DNA of 64,000 nucleotides, from NCBI GenBank assembly GCA_010909165.1, contig VJWM01000249.1:1-64000 (forward strand). The letters are read 5' to 3'. The translations under genes were made by a program, and so were the position numbers. Below the pieces are notes generated by a model. That model saw only the letters and a list, made by a program, of their open reading frames with translations, did not search any database and had not been told where the DNA came from. Positions 25,046-36,100 of this stretch are shown here, one piece after another; position 1 is the stretch's first letter, and every line of letters begins with the position of its first letter. This DNA is from Anthoceros angustus (Eukaryota > Plantae > Anthocerotophyta).

Positions 25046-28000
25046 CGGCGTCCGCGACAGCGGATCAACACCGGCATCACCATCACACAGGAGCGCGTGC
25101 CCCGGGCACTGTTGGATTGCGCAGCAAATCCACCACTCTTAGGCGGGAGGAAGTTGTCGTTTTCGTGTGCTATCAAAATTTTAAGGTTGGCTACACCATT
25201 TGCAGGAAATTGGCTGCAATTCTCCCTTGGATTGCAATTCATGCTCTTCCTCTAACGTCGTTGAGGGCACCTGACATTTGTTGTGTGTGGAGGAATAGGG
25301 AATGGCTATGGGCCGGCGGAGCAAGAAGGATCAAGGAGAGCGGGTCCCCGATCCCCCTGAGACTCTACAGAAGGCGAAGAAGCCTCGCGCCACAGGAAAG
25401 GGAAAGCAACAGCGTTGAGGCGGTGCGGTTTGCGAGGCGGTCGATTATGCGACAAGCGATGGGGCGCGAGCCGCCCGCCACTGCGAAGGATGAAAAGCAG
25501 TTGGTGGACAGACAAAGTCAGGTAGCCTCACGTCCGCGAAGGCCAGCACCACACAAGCTGGGGGACAAGGAGAAAAAGAAAAGGGGGACAAAGTCGGAAA
25601 GAAAGTGGTTCCCATTCCATCCTCTTACAGTTTCGTCAAGGCCTGCGCCAAGGCTTATCATAGCCGCAAGAATGGGGTTGCCCTCCCCCTTTCTTGTATT
25701 GTTGCTTTCCGCGAGGGTTTTCCATTGCTTTGCGGAGGAGTTGGCCGCGTGTCTGAGAGCGATAGCGAGCACGAGAGATGCAACTTCTTCGACACCGGTG
25801 GTAAGTAGGCCTTTTCACATCCCTAACCACGAAGTTCTTCGGGGGGTTGGTAGTTTTGAAATGCGTGATCATGGGGGCTAGTTCCCCTGGCATGGTGCCC
25901 TTCGTTGGGTTTTTCTCCCTTTGTTTTTGGGGCGGATGGGTTTTTCCCATCTCTTTTTTATATTAAGTCTTCTTTTTCCTTTTATATTTATTCATAGTTT
26001 CATTTATTTTCAACCAAATATATTTTCCTAATAAAATAATTTGGCTTTTCTATGATTAACTTTTATATTCATTAAGGTTTCATGGATAATTGCCACTCTC
26101 ATTCTTCATCTTATTCTTCAAACACTTTTAGCACTCTTATCATTCTCTCTTGCTCAAAACCTTGTTACTTTACCATTTCTCTCAAAGTTACAACATGGCA
26201 AGAAGAAACAATCAGAAGAGTATTCATACTAAGAGAAGCAAAGAACTAGAGAGGAGAAGTAGAAGAAGTGTGCACTCTCGTCGATCCTACAATTATAACC
26301 AGCTGAATTCTTCTCCTTTCAATACCCTAGGGAGTAAGATAACTTACGTGCTATCCTTCTTCTTCCTAGAAAACAACTTTGTGTCATCTTCAACAAGAGG
26401 AGTTCCTAGCAATCAAAGATCAGCAAGACCTTGGTCCACTAGTGATGATCCTAATCAGTTCGATATTGTGGAGATATTTCGGTGATGAGAATCATAAGTC
26501 CTCCTCCTATTATGCACACAACAAGGGACAAACTCACCTCATTATTCTCCAACTACACCGATTCGAGTTTCTCCACACAATTCTTCATCACAACATTCTA
26601 GATCGTTCTTCATCACAACGTTACTCCGCATCCGCTAAGAAAGCGATATTATCTTGATGAGCAGACGACATCACCTTCATTAGTAATTCCTCGGAAAGTT
26701 CTCGTGATTCGACGGCAATCTTCTTCAATCCTCGCATCGGTTCAACATGAAACACGCTATAGAGTCGCTCCGCATCAAATGCAACGGGATACAACCACCA
26801 CAATCGACAACCGTATGCACAAGTTCAAGGTAAATTTACACTGCTGATTTCCTCGTGTTTACGGAAAAATGATCATGTATAATCATAGGAGATTCCAAGG
26901 AAAGTGGCTACAAATCCCGTGCTACTCTAGCAATATCTTGCTTTCCAGTTGGAGCATTCTCGCGTCTTCGCATATGAAAATTTGTTAGAACAACTGCGAT
27001 CGATTGGATGTTACGCTTTGAATCCACCGCAACCATTCCAATCTTTGGCAACGCCATCATCGAGGCGTCCTACCAGCGCCCAAACCTTGAACCCGCACCT
27101 TCCTTTCGAGGTGCACTTTCCGGCCGTTTGGCGTCGCGGCAATGATCAACACCGGCATCACCATCACACGAGCGCGTGCCGGGCCGTTGGATTGCGCAGC
27201 AAATCCACCACTCTTAGGCGGGAGGAAGTTGTCGTTTTAGGTGTGCTATCAAAATTTTAAGGTTGGCTACACCATTTGCGGGTGGCTGCAATTCTCCCTT
27301 GGATTGCAATTCATGCTCTTCCTCTAACGTCGTTGAGGGCACGACATTTGTTGTGTGTGGAGGAATAGGGAATGGCTATGGGCGGCGGAGCAAGAAGGAT
27401 CAAGGAGAGCGGGTCCCCGATCCCCCTGAGACTCTACAGGAGGCGAAGAAGCCTCGCGCCACAGGAAAGGGAAAGCAACAGCGTTGAGGCGGTGCGGTTT
27501 GCGAGGCGGTCGATTATGCGACAAGCGATGGGGCGCGAGCCGCCCGCCACTGCGAAGGATGAAAAGCAGTTGGTGGACAGACAAAGTCAGGTAGCCTCAC
27601 GTCCGCGAAGGCCAGCACCACACAAGGCGGGGACAAGGAGAAAAGAAAAGTCGGAAAGAAAGTGGTTCCCATTCCATCCTCTTACAGTTTAAAGGCTGCG
27701 CCAAGGCTTATCATAGCCGCAAGAATGGGGTTGCCCTCCCCTTTCTTGTATTGTTGCTTTCCGCGAGGGTTTTCCATTGCTTTGCAGGAGGAGTTGGCCG
27801 CGTGTCTGAGAGCGATAGCGAGCACGAGATGCAACTTCTTCGACACCGGTGGTAAGTAGGCCTTTTCACATCCCTAACCACGAAGTTCTTCGGGGGGTTG
27901 GTAGTTTTGAAATGCGTGATCATGGGGGCTAGTTCCCCTGGCATGGTGCCCTTCGTTGGGTTTTTCTCCCTTTGTTTTTGGGGCGGATGGGTTTTCCCAT

Positions 28001-29172
28001 CTCTTTTTATATTAAGTCTTCTTTTTCCTTTTATATTTATTCATAGTTTCATTTATTTTCAACCAAATATATTTTCCTAATAAAATAATTTGGCTTTTCT
28101 ATGATTAACTTTTATATTCATTAAGGTTTCATGGATAATTGCCACTCTCATTCTTCATCTTATTCTTCAAACACTTTTAGCACTCTTATCATTCTCTCTT
28201 GCTCAAAACCTTGTTACTTTACCATTTCTCTCAAAGTTACAACATGGCAAGAAGAAACAATCAGAAGAGTATTCATACTAAGAGAAGCAAAGAACTAGAG
28301 AGGAGAAGTAGAAGAAGTGTGCACTCTCGTCGATCCTACAATTATAACCAGCTGAATTCTTCTCCTTTCAATACCCTAGGGAGTAAGATAACTTACGTGC
28401 TATCCTTCTTCTTCCTAGAAAACAACTTTGTGTCATCTTCAACAAGAGGAGTTCCTAGCAATCAAAGATCAGCAAGACCTTGGTCCACTAGTGATGATCC
28501 TAATCTGGTTCGATATTGTGGAGATATTTCGAGTGATGAGAATCATAAGTCCTCCTCCTATTATGCACACAACAAGGGGACAAACTCACCTCATTATTCT
28601 CCAACTACACCAGTTCAGAGTTTCTCTCCACACAATTCTTCATCACAACATTCTAGATCGTTCTTCATCACAACGTTACTCCGCATCTGCTAAGAAACGA
28701 TATTATGCTGATGAACGGACGACATCACCTTCATTAGTAATTCCTCAGCAAAGTTCTCAGCAGATTCAGCACGGCAATCTTCTTCAATCCTCGCATCTGG
28801 TTCAACATGAAACACCTGCTATAGGGAGTACTGCTCCTGCATCAAATGCAACTGGGATACAACCACCACAATCGACAACTTCGTATGCACAAGTTCAAGC
28901 AGAAATTTCTGCTGCTGCAGATTTCCTCTCGTGTTTCTGGAAAAATGATCATGTATAATCATAGGAGATTCCAAGGAAAGTGGCTACAAATCCCAGGCTA
29001 CTCTAGCAATATCTTGCTTTCCAGATTTGGAGCATTCTCGCGTCTTCGCATATGAAAATTTGTTAGAACAACCTGCTGATCAGATTGGATGTTCTGCTTT
29101 GAATCCACCGCCGGCAACCATTCCAATCTTTGGCAACTGCCTGTCATCAGAGGCGTCCTACCCTGGCGCCCA
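24991..29172. repeat. Tandem duplication, ~2.09-kb unit x2 (24991-27075, 27076-29165)
   Basis: Near-identical copies; GCGCCCA at 24991, 27076 and 29166 marks the unit ends. Confidence 0.9.
25630..25970 (+). mobile_element. 5'-truncated 3' end of an RLE-type (CRE-like) non-LTR retrotransposon; second copy at ~27690-28010
   Basis: CAKAYHSRKNGVALPLSCIVAF resembles the LINE ORF end at 30235-30300; followed by SSTPVVSRPF...G* and a T-rich tail. Confidence 0.65.
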
Positions 29173-29959
29173 GAAATCAACAGGCATGCCCTTCTAATTT
29201 TCAATTATGCGTGAGATTTATGAGGATCTGACGCCAAATTTCTGCGGTCAATTATTTTTAGCATAGGTCGGCGCCGGCTCCAATCCTCTGCCAGCAGGAT
29301 CGCCGGTCTGGGCGCCCTTCCTGCCAAAACGGTGCCTCGATTTGGCTCAGAATCCAGCGAGATTGGCACCGCTGGATTCAGAGCGGCACTGGACGATTTC
29401 GCGCGTGCACCCTGCGCGTCGCCGATTGAAGCCCGAAACCGTGCCCTGACCTTTAATTATTTTCAGAGTTTCTTTCGGGGGCTGTCCCTTATGGATCTTA
29501 GGTTCCCAATTGGTGTTCAGATACCTCTCTTCCAATCTCGACACATCTTTTTAAGTCGCCGCGGACGTTCACTATGGCCCCACAATTTTCAGCAATCAAG
29601 CAGGAACCTATTTCTCCTCGCCTCACTCATTATTCTCCAACTACACCGATTCGAGTTTCTCCACACAATTCTTCATCACAAGCGCTACAACACAGGAGTT
29701 CTTCCAACTTGAGTGTCGGCACCTTTGGGATCATTTGAATCAGGTTTCAGAATCAGTGACTTTTGCCACTCAGGCAGTGAAACATCTTGCTTCTGTTTAT
29801 GCTCCTTCTGACAGAGGCATTGTTCACTGGTCTTCTGAGTCTTGATTATTTGTATTCATTCATTATTGTGAATCAAATTTATATCTTTTGAAGTTTCCCT
29901 CGACTTTGGGTCATAACTCAGCGTCGGCAACTTTTCTATTATCTTGATTCTATTTACTT

Positions 29960-30122
29960 ATGGCTACCTCGACCGTGCCACCCACTCCAATCATCAATTA
30001 TATGAATGTGACGTCTGATTTTAAGGAGAAGGATCGTTTTGACGGCACTAAGTTTGAGATATGGTCCAAACGTATGCGTTATGTATTGAATACAAGAGAT
30101 CTCCTCGGCATAGTTGATGGAT
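29960..30122 (+). pseudogene. Start of a Copia gag, truncated by LINE-derived sequence
   Basis: MATST...FKEKDRFDGTKFEIWSKRMRYVLNTRDLLGIVDGS is similar to Copia B gag and stops abruptly at 30122. Confidence 0.75.
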
Positions 30123-30760
30123 CTTGCTCGGGGAAGGGAGCAGGCTTTTGGCTTCTGGTCACGTCTCCTGCACTCATTACCATCCTATAAATAGCATTGG
30201 CCAGCACCCTCTGCATGGCAATGGATACCCGTTGTCAAAAGAAAGCCACCACCGAGGAAAGAGGGAGACCCACCCCGTTCCGACGACTGTGGTAGGCTTT
30301 AGCATAATACTTAGTGAGCTGGAAGAAATCCTTGCCCATAGCCCCGTGAGTGTCAATGGCAAGGAAGATGAAGGCGTGGCCGTCCTGCAAAGGAGTGTAT
30401 TTGTGTACCTGGACAGTCGCGAATCCCTCCACCGCCCAGCCCGGAGGGTTGATAATGACATGCTTACAAATGGAGTTCCGGGTAGGATCCATTACAACGA
30501 CATCCGCAATAGAGATTTGATCCCCCTGGATCAGAAATAGATCCACCCTGAGCGACACCCCATTGCGCAGGGTATATAGACGCTCCCTATATGGAAAATA
30601 ACCGCTCTCCTTAGCCATCGAGAACACTACGTCGCGAACAGCATCATGTATAGCGATACGTTGCCCTCCAATTGGATAGCAAGCCAGATGGGACATTGAG
30701 TCGTCGATGGGGGCCCCATAAAAGAGAGAGGCGGTGGACCAAACCTAGGCGGAACCTCAT
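30123..30760 (-). mobile_element. C-terminal zinc knuckle and restriction-like endonuclease fragment of a CRE-like LINE
   Basis: MRFRLGL..., HLACYPIGGQRIAIHDAVRD, LRVDL..IADVVVMDP, HKY, FLAIDTHGAMG, F*QRVSIAMQR. Confidence 0.8.
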
Positions 30761-32740
30761 TACACTTGTCATCGGCACCAGTTGTAGGTAGGCCTTTTCT
30801 CATCTCGGACTACGACATAATCGGGCTGGTAGGTAGCTTTAAGGTCGGCATTCGTGGAGCCTAGCCCCAGCTCTAGGCCCTTTAGTGGGTTGTCCACCAC
30901 AGGTGACACCCTATTGCGTAGGGTATATAGACGCTCCCTATATGGAAAATAACCGCTCTCCTTGGCCATAGAGAACATGGCGTCGCGAGCAGTCATGTAT
31001 AGCGATCGTTGCCCTCAATTGGATAGCCGGATGGGACATTGAGTCGTCGATGGGGGCCCCATAGCTGCAGACTGAGAGAGAACAGGCCAGAGGCTGGACC
31101 AAACCTAGGCGGAACCTCATTACACTTGTCATCGGCACCAGTTGTAGGTAGGCCTTTTCTCATCTCGGACTACGACATAATCGGGCTGGTAGGTAGCTTT
31201 AAGGTCGGCATTCGTGGAGCCTAGCCCCCCTAGCTCTAGGCCCTTTAGTGGGTTGTCCACCCTGAGTGACACCCTATTGCGTAGGGTATATAGACGCTCC
31301 CTATATGGAAAATAACCGCCTCCTTGGCCATAGAGAACATGACGGCGTCATGTATAGCGATACGTTGCCCTCCAATTGGACAGCAAGCCGATGGGACATT
31401 GAGTCGCCGATGGGGGCCCCATAGCGAGAGAGAGAACAGCGAGGCTGGACCAAACCTAGGCGGAACCTCATTACACTTGTCATCGGCACCCGGTTGTAGG
31501 TAGGCCTTTTCTCATCTCGGACTCGACATAATCGGGCTGGTAGCTTTAAGGTCGGCATTCGTGGAGCCTAGCCCCAGCTCTAGGCCCTTTAGTGGGTTGT
31601 CCACCACAGGTGACACCCTATTGCGTAGGGTATATAGGCGCTCCTATATGGAAAATAACCGCTCTCCTTGGCCATAGAGAACATGACGCCGCGAGCAGTC
31701 ATGTATAGCGATCGTTGCCCTCAATTGGATAGCCGGATGGGACATTGAGTCGCCGATGGGGGCCCCATAGTCAGCAGACGAGAGAGAGAACAGCGAGGTC
31801 GGACCAAACCTAGGCGGAACCTCATTACACTTGTCATCGGCACCCATTGTAGGTAGGCCTTTTCTCATCTCGGACTACGACATAATCGGGTGGTAGGTAG
31901 CTTTAAGGTCGGCATTCGTGGGGCCTAGGCCCCCAGCTCTAGGCCCTTTAGTGGGTTGTCCACCAGTGACACCCTATTGCGTAGGGTATATAGACGCTCC
32001 TATATGGAAAATAACCGCCTCCTTGGCCATAGAGAACATGACGGCGTCATGTATAGCGATACGTTGCCCTCCAATTGGATAGCAAGCCAGATGGGACATT
32101 GAGTCGTCGATGGGGGCCCCATAGCTGCAGACTGAGAGAGAACAGGCCAGAGGCTGGACCAAACCTAGGCGGAACCTCATTACACTTGTCATCGGCACCC
32201 GGTTGTAGGTAGGCCTTTTCTCATCTCGGACTCGACATAATCGGGCTGGTAGCTTTAAGGTCGGCATTCGTGGAGCCTAGCCCCCCTAGCTCTAGGCCCT
32301 TTAGTGGGTTGTCCACCCTGAGTGACACCCTATTGCGTAGGGTATATAGACGCTCCCTATATGGAAAATAACCGCTCTCCTTGGCCATAGAGAACATGAC
32401 GTCGCGAACAGCGTCATGTATAGCGATACGTTGCCCTCCAATTGGACAGCAAGCCAGATGGGACATTGAGTCATCGAGGGGGGCCCCATAGCTGCAGGCT
32501 GAGAGAGAACAGGCCAAAGGCTGGACCAAACCTAGGCGGAACCTCATCGCAATAGAAAAACAAGCTTGTCATCGGCACCAGTTGTAGGTAGGCCTTTCCT
32601 CATCTCGGACCACGACATAATCGGGGGTAGGTAGCTTCATGGTCGGCATTCGTGGGGCCTAGGCCCCCCCTGGCTCTACGCCCCTTTAGTGGGTTGTCCT
32701 CCCTCGGTTCGAGGTAGATGGGTTTTCCCATCTCTTCTCT
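30541..32740. repeat. Tandem array of ~355-bp LINE-derived chimeric units (~6 copies)
   Basis: Unit junction ACCTCAT|TACACTTGTCATCGGCACC at 30761, 31121, 31472, 31826 and 32181, with a variant at ~32548. Confidence 0.92.
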
Positions 32741-33103
32741 TCTTGGGCAGCTGTTGATTCATTGAATTAATTACTTTCCTCACCTCAATGTTTTGCATGT
32801 TTGTGGTCACGGCACATGCCTAAGGGATTTATTTTAATCTATGTATTCACTCAAATATTATACGAATATTGAATAAATATTCGTAATGTGAAACGGGCTT
32901 CGTTATTGCTGGGACCGAGAGCCCCGAAACATACCGGTCCCTGTCCGGTGGAAAACCGGGAGTGGTTCGGAAATGGGGTCCCCGGGACAGATAGAGTAGC
33001 CGGTCAATCTGAAACCCTGTACATACGTACAAGCCCAAATGAATTGGGACCCATATCTGGTCACCTGAAATTTACGCTCAACCCTTCAGGCTTCATTTCA
33101 TTC

Positions 33104-36100
33104 TCACGTTCGACCATTACAACTGCAAGAACCAGCTGCGAATCGATGCACACGGTACCCATCCCTTACGACAATGCTTCTCCTTTCCACCAGTGACATG
33201 ATCTCCGTGGAGCTGTGGCAGTCACTGCACATGCGTAGGTTCTTCGTTATCACCAGAGGTGTGCCACTTGGAGTGTTCAAGAGGCCAAATGCCAAAGCTA
33301 GCTTCTCAGCATGCCCGCAAAGCGCATCTTCCTTTTCCTTCTCAGACAGTGACTTCAACACCAACTTTGTGTGTGGAACGTGGCCCCCTTCCTGCTTCAG
33401 ACGTGCATTCACGCTCTCTACCTCGAGCGCAATATCATCTCTATTTTCTCCAACCACAAATGTATGTACCTGCTTCTTCACCTCAATGCCCGCCACTGCA
33501 GGTTTCTTGTTAGCTCCCGCTGCCATTCTCTGTGTTTCAATCCTCTCTACATCAGTCCACCTACCTGCATCTGCGTAGGCATTGGCCATGAGTACATATG
33601 CCGATGCACCTTGAGGCTCTAATCTAACAAGACTTTCAAAACACCGAGTTGCCCTCTCTAGGTCCCCGTGACTTTTACAGGAATTCAGCAAGGACCTCAA
33701 CCCGACAACATTGCTTTGGCTCTCACAAGATAAGAGCATGTTCTCTGCCTCATCTAAAAGGCCTGCACGTCCAAGAAGATCAACCATGCAGTTGTAGTGC
33801 TCAATAGTAGGTCTGATGCCATGTTGTTCAACCATGGAATCAAAGTGCTTGCGACCCTCAGTCACCAGTCCCTTGTGACTGCATGCTGCCAAAAGGCAAG
33901 TAAAAGTGGCATCGTCAGGCTGAATACCGGCGATTAACATCTCCTCAAAACATGCTAGGGCGTTGTGTCCTTCATCACAAGAACCACACCCAGCTATCAG
34001 AGCATTCCATGTCACGACATCCTTTGTGACCAAGCTGTCAAAAACCCGGCGTGCCTCTTCCAGTTCGCCACACTTTGCATACATGTCCACCAGGCAGTTG
34101 CCCACCAGTATGTCATCTAGCTGTCCTCTTTCCACAATCTGTGAGTGCAGCTGCCTGCCCTTCTGTAATGCACCAGCACTTGCACAGGCCTTCAGAAGGC
34201 AAGCAAAAGTGACATGGTTAGCCACAATCAGACCCTCCTGCTCCATTTGTCCATACACAGAACAAGCGCCTCTTGGCCGAGCCCTGTGCATACCCAGCAA
34301 TCAGGGCATTCCATGTCACCACATCCTTTGTGGCCAAGCTGTCAAAAACCTGGCGTGCATCTTCCAGTTCGCCACATTTTGCATACATGTCCACCAGGCA
34401 GTTGCCCACCAGTATGTATCTAGCTGCCTCTTTCCACAATCTGCGAGTGCAGCTGCCTGCCTTCTGTAGGGCACTTGCACAGGCATTCAGAAGGCAAGCA
34501 AAAGTAACATGGTCAGCCACAATCAGGCCTTGCTGTTCCATTTGTCCATACAGAACAAGCGCCTCCTGGCCGAGACCTTGCTGTGCATACCCAGCAATCA
34601 GGGCCGTCCATGTCACCACATTTTTTGTGGCCAAGCTGTCAAAAACCCGGCGTGCCTCTTCCAGTTCGCCACACTTTGCATACATGTCCACCAGGCAGTT
34701 GCCCACCAGGATGTCATCTAGATGCCCTCGTTCCACAATCTGCGAGTGCAGCTGCCTGCCATTCTGTAAGGCACCAGCAGCTGCACAGGACTTCAGAAGA
34801 CAAGCAAAAGTAACATTGTTACCCACAATCACGCCCTCCTGTTCCATTTGTTCATACAGGACAAGCGCTTCTTGGCCGAGACCTTGCTGTGCATACCCGG
34901 CAATCATGGCATTCCAGGTCACCACATCCTTTGTGGTCAAGCTGTCAAACACCTGGCGTGCATCTTCCAGTTCACCACACTTTGCATACATGTTCACCAG
35001 GCAGTTGCCCACCAGTATGCTATCTAGCTGCCCTTTCCTTAATCTGCAGTGCAGCTGCTTGCCCTTCTGTAGGGCACCAGCAGCTGCACAGGCATTCAGA
35101 AGGCACGCAAAAGTAACATGGTCAGCCACAATCAGGCCTTGCTGTTCCATTTGTCCATACAGAACAAGCGCCTCCTGGCCGAGACCTTGCTGTGCATACC
35201 CAGCAATCAGGGCCGTCCATGTCACCACATTTTTTGTGGCCAGGCTGTCAAAAACCCGGCGTGCATCCTCCAGTTCGCCACACTTTGCATACATGTCTAC
35301 CAGGCAAGTACGGACAAGCATGCTATCTACGTGTCCTCTTTCCACAATCTGCGCGTGCAGCTGCCTACCCTTCTGTAGGGCACCGTCGACTGTACAAGCC
35401 TTCAGAAGGCAAGCAAAAGTAACCTCATCAGCCACAACGAGGCCCTCCTGCTCCATTTGTTCATATAGAGCACACGCCTCTTGGCTGAGTCCTTTCTGTG
35501 CATACCCAGCAATCAGGGCATTCCATGTCACCACATCCTTTGTTGCCAAGTTATGAAATACTTGGCGTGCATCTTCCACTTCACCACACTTTGCATACAT
35601 GTCCACCAGGGTAGTGCCCACAAGTATGTTATCTAGCAGTCCTCTTTCCACAATCTGTGAGTGCAGCTGCCTGCCCTTCTGTAAGGCACCAGCACTTGCA
35701 CAGGCCTTCAGAAGACTAGCAAAAGTAACATTGTTACCCACAATCACGCCCTCCTGTTCCATTTGTTCATACAGGACAAGCGCTTCTTGGCCGAGACCTT
35801 GCTGTGCATACCCGGCAATCATGGCATTCCAGGTCACCACATCCTTTGTGGTCAAGCTGTCAAACACCTGGCGTGCATCTTCCAATACGCCACACTTTGC
35901 ATACATGTTCACCAGGCAGTTGCCCACCAGTATGCTATCTAGCTGCCCCTTTTCCTTAATCTGCAAGTGCAGCTGCTTGCCCTTCTGTAGGGCGCCCGAG
36001 CTTGCACAGGCATTCAGAAGGCACGCAAAAGTAACATGGTCAGCCACAATCAGGCCTTGCTGTTCCATTTGTCCATACAGAACAAGCGCCTCCTGGCCGA

